In this document: positions 60,451 to 64,000 of the stretch, piece by piece
How positions within the stretch are numbered: position 1 is the stretch's first letter
Layout: each line of letters starts with the position of its first letter
NCBI GenBank assembly: GCA_036744835.1
Contig: DAIOHD010000001.1
Span: forward strand, 399,860-463,859
Direction of reading: 5' to 3'
Length of the DNA: 64,000 bases
Source of the DNA: Candidatus Magasanikiibacteriota bacterium
Lineage (GTDB): Bacteria; Patescibacteriota; Patescibacteriia; Magasanikbacterales; GWA2-37-8
Translations under genes and position numbers: made by a program
The notes under the pieces: generated by a model
Seen by the model: the letters and a program-made list of their open reading frames with translations, nothing else
Told to the model about the DNA's origin: nothing
Databases searched by the model: none

Positions 60451-60612
60451 GGTCATTTTATTCCAAGATTTAGACTCTTAAAAATATACCATATTTTCCT
60501 CTTTTTGCCAACTCTTTATTTTTTACAAAAAATACCCCTTTCCCTATTTCCTCTTTTCCAAAAATTTGATATAATTTAAGCGGAGAATGTATTTAAAAAT
60601 AATTTTAAATCT

Positions 60613-62316
60613 ATGGAGGACATTTTTATCCAAATAACCTTGCTTTTAGTCTTGACGGTAACTATCGCATTTACGATTCGACTTTTCAAACAACCGCTTA
60701 TCATCGCTTATATTATTACCGGCATGGTTTGTGGACCACTATTTTTGAATCTTCTACAAGGTCAGGAAAAAATGTATGAAGTTTTTGCACAATTTGGAGT
60801 TGTGCTTTTACTTTTTATTATAGGGCTTAATCTCAACTTCAATCATCTCAAAAATATCGGTAAAACATCTTTAATCACCGGATTAGGTCAGGTGCTATTT
60901 ACCGGAATTATTGGTACCATTATTTTATTGGGGTTAGGAATGAATCTTTTAACCGCGGTTTATCTAGCCGTGGCCATTACCTTCAGTAGCACTATCATTA
61001 TTATGAAACTACTGTCGGATAAAAAAGACACGGAAACGGTTTACGGTCGTTACACGATAGGCTTGATGCTAGTCCAGGATATTATCGCCGTACTCATTAT
61101 GATAGCTCTCGGGGTACTCAAAAATACTCATGGCAATATTTGGGAATCTTTTTTTCTATTGTTCATCAAAGGTTTAGTGGCAATAATTTTTATTGTTTTG
61201 ATCTCCAAATATATTTTACCTAAATTTTTAGACAAGATTTCCAATTCCGGGGAACTTCTTTTTATTTTTACCGTGGCTTGGTGTTTCGGGATAGCCAGTT
61301 TGTTGATGTATTTTGGTTTTTCCGCAGAAATCGGAGCTATCGCTGCCGGGCTAGCACTGAGTAACTCCCCTTATCAACCACAAATCGCTTCTCGAGTAAA
61401 ACCATTACGTGATTTTTTCCTGGTCCTATTTTTTATTGTTTTGGGCAGTGAAATGAACATGGCTTCATTTAGCGATATTTGGTTTCCAGGATCAATGCTT
61501 TCCCTTTTCATCCTTATTGGTAATCCTTTTATTTTATACACTTTATTTAGAATGATGAAATTTACTCGCCGTAACAGCTTTCTCTCCGGTTTAACCGCGG
61601 CACAAGTGAGTGAATTCGGTTTTGTTTTACTTTTTATCGGAGTACAAACAGGACATATTATCGGAAACGAAATCGCTATTTTTACCATGGTGGCGATAAT
61701 AACTATATTCATTTCTTCTTACTTGATTTTATATAACGAACAAATTTATCGCTTTTTTATTCCGCTGTTTAATCTTTTTGGCTTGGACAAATACCGTGAA
61801 CAGGAAAAAGAAATGGGCGGACTATATGATGTCTGGGTAGTCGGATATCATCGTATCGGTCAAAATGTCTGTGACACTCTAAAAGAAATGAAAAAAAGTT
61901 TTGCGGTAATAGATTTTGATCCGCTGGCGATGAAAAAATTACGTACAAAAAATATTCCATCTATTTTTGGCGATGTGGCTGATATAGAATTTTTAGCAGA
62001 TTTGAAATTTTGTAACACTAAATTGGTAATAATGACAATTCCAACCACCGACGATCAGCTCAATTTTATCAATCACCTCAAAAGTCTCAAATGCAAAGCC
62101 ATCATCATCGCTAATGCTTATCATAAAACCGATGCTAAAATACTTTATATGGCCGGCGCCGATTACGTGATGATGCCACATCTTTTGGGTGGGGCTTATG
62201 TCGCCAATATGCTCAAGAAAAACGCTTGGACCAAAAAGAAATTCAACGAACTTAAAAAAGAACAACAAAAAATGATTCCTGAGTCAGAAAGTTTTTTGAC
62301 TCATCTTCTAAACTAA
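60613..62316 (+). CDS. cation:proton antiporter (CPA2, Kef-type) with C-terminal RCK/TrkA-N domain
   Basis: About 12 TM helices, then VWVVGYHRIGQNVCDTLKE (Rossmann GxGxxG-like) RCK domain. Confidence 0.85.
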   Translation: MEDIFIQITLLLVLTVTIAFTIRLFKQPLIIAYIITGMVCGPLFLNLLQGQEKMYEVFAQFGVVLLLFIIGLNLNFNHLKNIGKTSLITGLGQVLFTGIIGTIILLGLGMNLLTAVYLAVAITFSSTIIIMKLLSDKKDTETVYGRYTIGLMLVQDIIAVLIMIALGVLKNTHGNIWESFFLLFIKGLVAIIFIVLISKYILPKFLDKISNSGELLFIFTVAWCFGIASLLMYFGFSAEIGAIAAGLALSNSPYQPQIASRVKPLRDFFLVLFFIVLGSEMNMASFSDIWFPGSMLSLFILIGNPFILYTLFRMMKFTRRNSFLSGLTAAQVSEFGFVLLFIGVQTGHIIGNEIAIFTMVAIITIFISSYLILYNEQIYRFFIPLFNLFGLDKYREQEKEMGGLYDVWVVGYHRIGQNVCDTLKEMKKSFAVIDFDPLAMKKLRTKNIPSIFGDVADIEFLADLKFCNTKLVIMTIPTTDDQLNFINHLKSLKCKAIIIANAYHKTDAKILYMAGADYVMMPHLLGGAYVANMLKKNAWTKKKFNELKKEQQKMIPESESFLTHLLN

Positions 62317-62322
62317 ACTTTT

Positions 62323-63684
62323 ATGAATGAATTAAAAAAGAAAATTAATGAGCTTCTTTTGGCCAAAGATCACAAAACAGCAATCAAAGAAATTAAAAAA
62401 CGTCATGCCACCGAAGTAGCGGAGATTCTCAAGGAACTCCCTCCCAAAGATCGTAATCTGATTTTTGCACTATTACCTTCCAAGTTAGCAGCCAATGCTT
62501 TTTCTTATTTACCGCTCAAAGAACAAAAATGGTTCTTGAATACGTTCAAAAACGCACAAATAAAAATTTTACTCTCCAATCTTACTCCTGATGATCGCAC
62601 GGAACTCTTTGAAAAATTACCTATAAAACAAGCGGAAAAACTCCTCGATTTACTTTCTATTAAAGATTTACAAGAAACTAAATTTCTTCTTCATTATCCC
62701 AAAGAAAGTGTGGGTCGTGTGATGACACCTGATTATATCTCTATAATCAAAGATTGGTCGGTACAAAAGGCTCTGAATTATATTCGTAAAAATAGTCGCG
62801 ATGTAGAAACCGCCGATGTTATCTATATTACCGATGACGAAGACCATTTACTCAACGAAATCAAACTTCATAAACTTATTTTAGCACAACCGAATTCTCA
62901 ATTACGAGATATTCTGGACGATACAAATAATATTATCGCCAAATTATCGCCGTTGGATGATCAGGAAAAAGCGGTACATATGATCAAAAAATATAACCGC
63001 ACTGCACTCCCGGTAGTAGATTCCGCCAATGAACTTCTTGGGATAGTTACGGTCGATGATTTGATGGATATTCAAGAAGAAGAAACTACCGAAGATTTTC
63101 ATAAAATTGGGGCTGTTTCACACGATATTGAAGACGGGATGACCGATGATCTAGCCAACGCACCAATTCGTTTTGTTTATAAAAGAAGGATTTGGTGGCT
63201 TTTGATTTTAGTCGGGGTAAACTTTTTTTCCGGCGCAGCTATGATGCGTTTTGAAAACATAATTTCTTCCACTGTAGTTTTAGTTGCCTTTTTACCTTTA
63301 CTTATTGGCAGTGCCGGTAATGCCGGAGCACAAGCTTCCACCATCATCATTCGTGCTTTGGGTACAGGTCATATCAAAAAAAATACCTGGTTAAAAAATT
63401 TCTTCAAGGAAATGGCTATTTCTTGGTTGCTCGGAGCTTCTATGGCTGGAGCTGTCAGCATAGTTGGCTATTTTGTAGGTGGACCAAAAATATCTATAAT
63501 CGTAGCCATATCAATGATGACGGTAGTGATGATCGGTAGTTTACTTGGTGTTACATTACCTTTTATTTTTTCTAAATTCAAAAAAGATCCGGCAACCGCT
63601 AGCGGACCGTTAGTCACTTCGATTGTTGATATTCTTGGTGTAGTTATCTATTTTTCTATCGCCACCCTTATTTTGAGCTTGTAA
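62323..63684 (+). CDS. mgtE: magnesium transporter MgtE
   Basis: MgtE-N, tandem CBS and 5-TM MgtE domain (...GNAGAQASTIIIRALG...). Confidence 0.9.
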   Translation: MNELKKKINELLLAKDHKTAIKEIKKRHATEVAEILKELPPKDRNLIFALLPSKLAANAFSYLPLKEQKWFLNTFKNAQIKILLSNLTPDDRTELFEKLPIKQAEKLLDLLSIKDLQETKFLLHYPKESVGRVMTPDYISIIKDWSVQKALNYIRKNSRDVETADVIYITDDEDHLLNEIKLHKLILAQPNSQLRDILDDTNNIIAKLSPLDDQEKAVHMIKKYNRTALPVVDSANELLGIVTVDDLMDIQEEETTEDFHKIGAVSHDIEDGMTDDLANAPIRFVYKRRIWWLLILVGVNFFSGAAMMRFENIISSTVVLVAFLPLLIGSAGNAGAQASTIIIRALGTGHIKKNTWLKNFFKEMAISWLLGASMAGAVSIVGYFVGGPKISIIVAISMMTVVMIGSLLGVTLPFIFSKFKKDPATASGPLVTSIVDILGVVIYFSIATLILSL

Positions 63685-63702
63685 AATATAGTATAAACAA
63701 AA

Positions 63703-63730
63703 AACACTTCAGCCTACAGGCTGAAGTGTT
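63703..63730 (+). terminator. perfect palindrome AACACTTCAGCC-TACA-GGCTGAAGTGTT + TTTAATTTTT (terminator-like; family copy 3)
   Basis: 12-bp perfect stem directly after mgtE. Same family as 1516-1541. Confidence 0.7.
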
Positions 63731-63777
63731 TTAATTTTTGCAATCTCTGTAATCTTTGTAATTTCTGTAATATAGTT

Positions 63778-63990
63778 TTAGTTTATCAGCACTATCGTCA
63801 AATTCAAGAAAGCTGCAAAACTCACCCACAAAATATATGGTATGAGTAAATAAGCGGCGGTTTTATTGATTTTATAAAAGAAATAAATATTTATCACTAT
63901 TGCTAACCATAAAAAGATGATATCAACAAAAGCCAATAACGGATTATGCAAACCAAAGAAAAATATTGACCAAAAAACATTAAGTATCAA
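63778..63990 (-). CDS. hypothetical membrane protein (possibly continues beyond window)
   Basis: Hydrophobic 70-aa ORF at the window edge. Confidence 0.3.
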   Translation of the reverse strand: MILNVFWSIFFFGLHNPLLAFVDIIFLWLAIVINIYFFYKINKTAAYLLIPYILWVSFAAFLNLTIVLIN

Positions 63991-64000
63991 TTGTACAGCA

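Noticed and set aside
1-64000. Search for CRISPR arrays, rRNA, tRNA and IS/transposase genes.
   Set aside because: There are no regularly spaced direct repeats with unique spacers. No 16S/23S/5S-like or cloverleaf (GTTCRANYC T-loop) sequences were recognised in the GC-rich patches. There are no transposase-like ORFs. The only recombinase is the chromosomal Xer-type gene.

Overview
This 64-kb window is an AT-rich (about 30% GC) bacterial chromosomal segment. Its gene content and domain losses suggest, by inference, a small-genome, Patescibacteria/CPR-like organism: AlaRS lacks the C-Ala domain, RpoA lacks a recognisable alpha-CTD, the PriA homolog has no Walker A motif, and the window contains 14 hypothetical micro-proteins under 150 aa.

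Conserved core genes:
- a secA 3' fragment
- the infA-rpmJ-rpsM-rpsK-rpsD-rpoA-rplQ and rplM-rpsI ribosomal cluster
- five aminoacyl-tRNA synthetase genes (alaS, gltX, serS, lysS, asnS)
- mnmA, fmt, def, greA, clpB
- mreB-mreC-mreD-mrdA, ftsQ-like and xer
- a glycosyltransferase and polysaccharide-flippase cluster
- oxidative-stress genes (desulfoferrodoxin, rubrerythrin) and ion transporters (Kef-type, MgtE)

Many sigma-70 promoters match TTGACA-17-TATAAT exactly or nearly, and most genes end in textbook intrinsic terminators. No rRNA, tRNA or CRISPR array was recognised.

Main second-look items:
1. A three-gene nuclease cluster at 2380-5374 (HNH endonuclease, Cas4/RecB-like PD-(D/E)XK nuclease, small HEPN-like protein) that looks like an uncharacterised defence module.
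2. A GC-rich islet at 55.7-56.5 kb holding a YgiT/MqsA-type zinc-finger micro-protein and a divergently transcribed structured RNA of about 335 nt. The RNA has its own consensus promoter, a 13-bp terminal helix, a 3' UCCA tail and a terminator. It does not fit tmRNA, RNase P or T-box.
3. A second GC-rich islet at 17.6-18.5 kb that starts with a degenerate second copy of the rpsI 3' end and carries a DUF218 gene, consistent with a recombination or HGT scar.
4. A near-consensus CIRCE/HrcA operator in front of clpB.
5. Three dispersed repeat families: (CCAAT)n/(ATTGG)n inverted arrays, a CCCTCC/GGAGGG hairpin element copied in-frame into mnmA, and an AACACTTCA..TGAAGTGTT terminator-like palindrome. 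They overlap ORF termini and flank an Avd/IVS-type four-helix-bundle gene and the rubrerythrin gene.
6. Two long structured non-coding regions and five micro-protein genes missed by the 60-aa ORF cutoff, four of them with good SD sequences and promoters/terminators.
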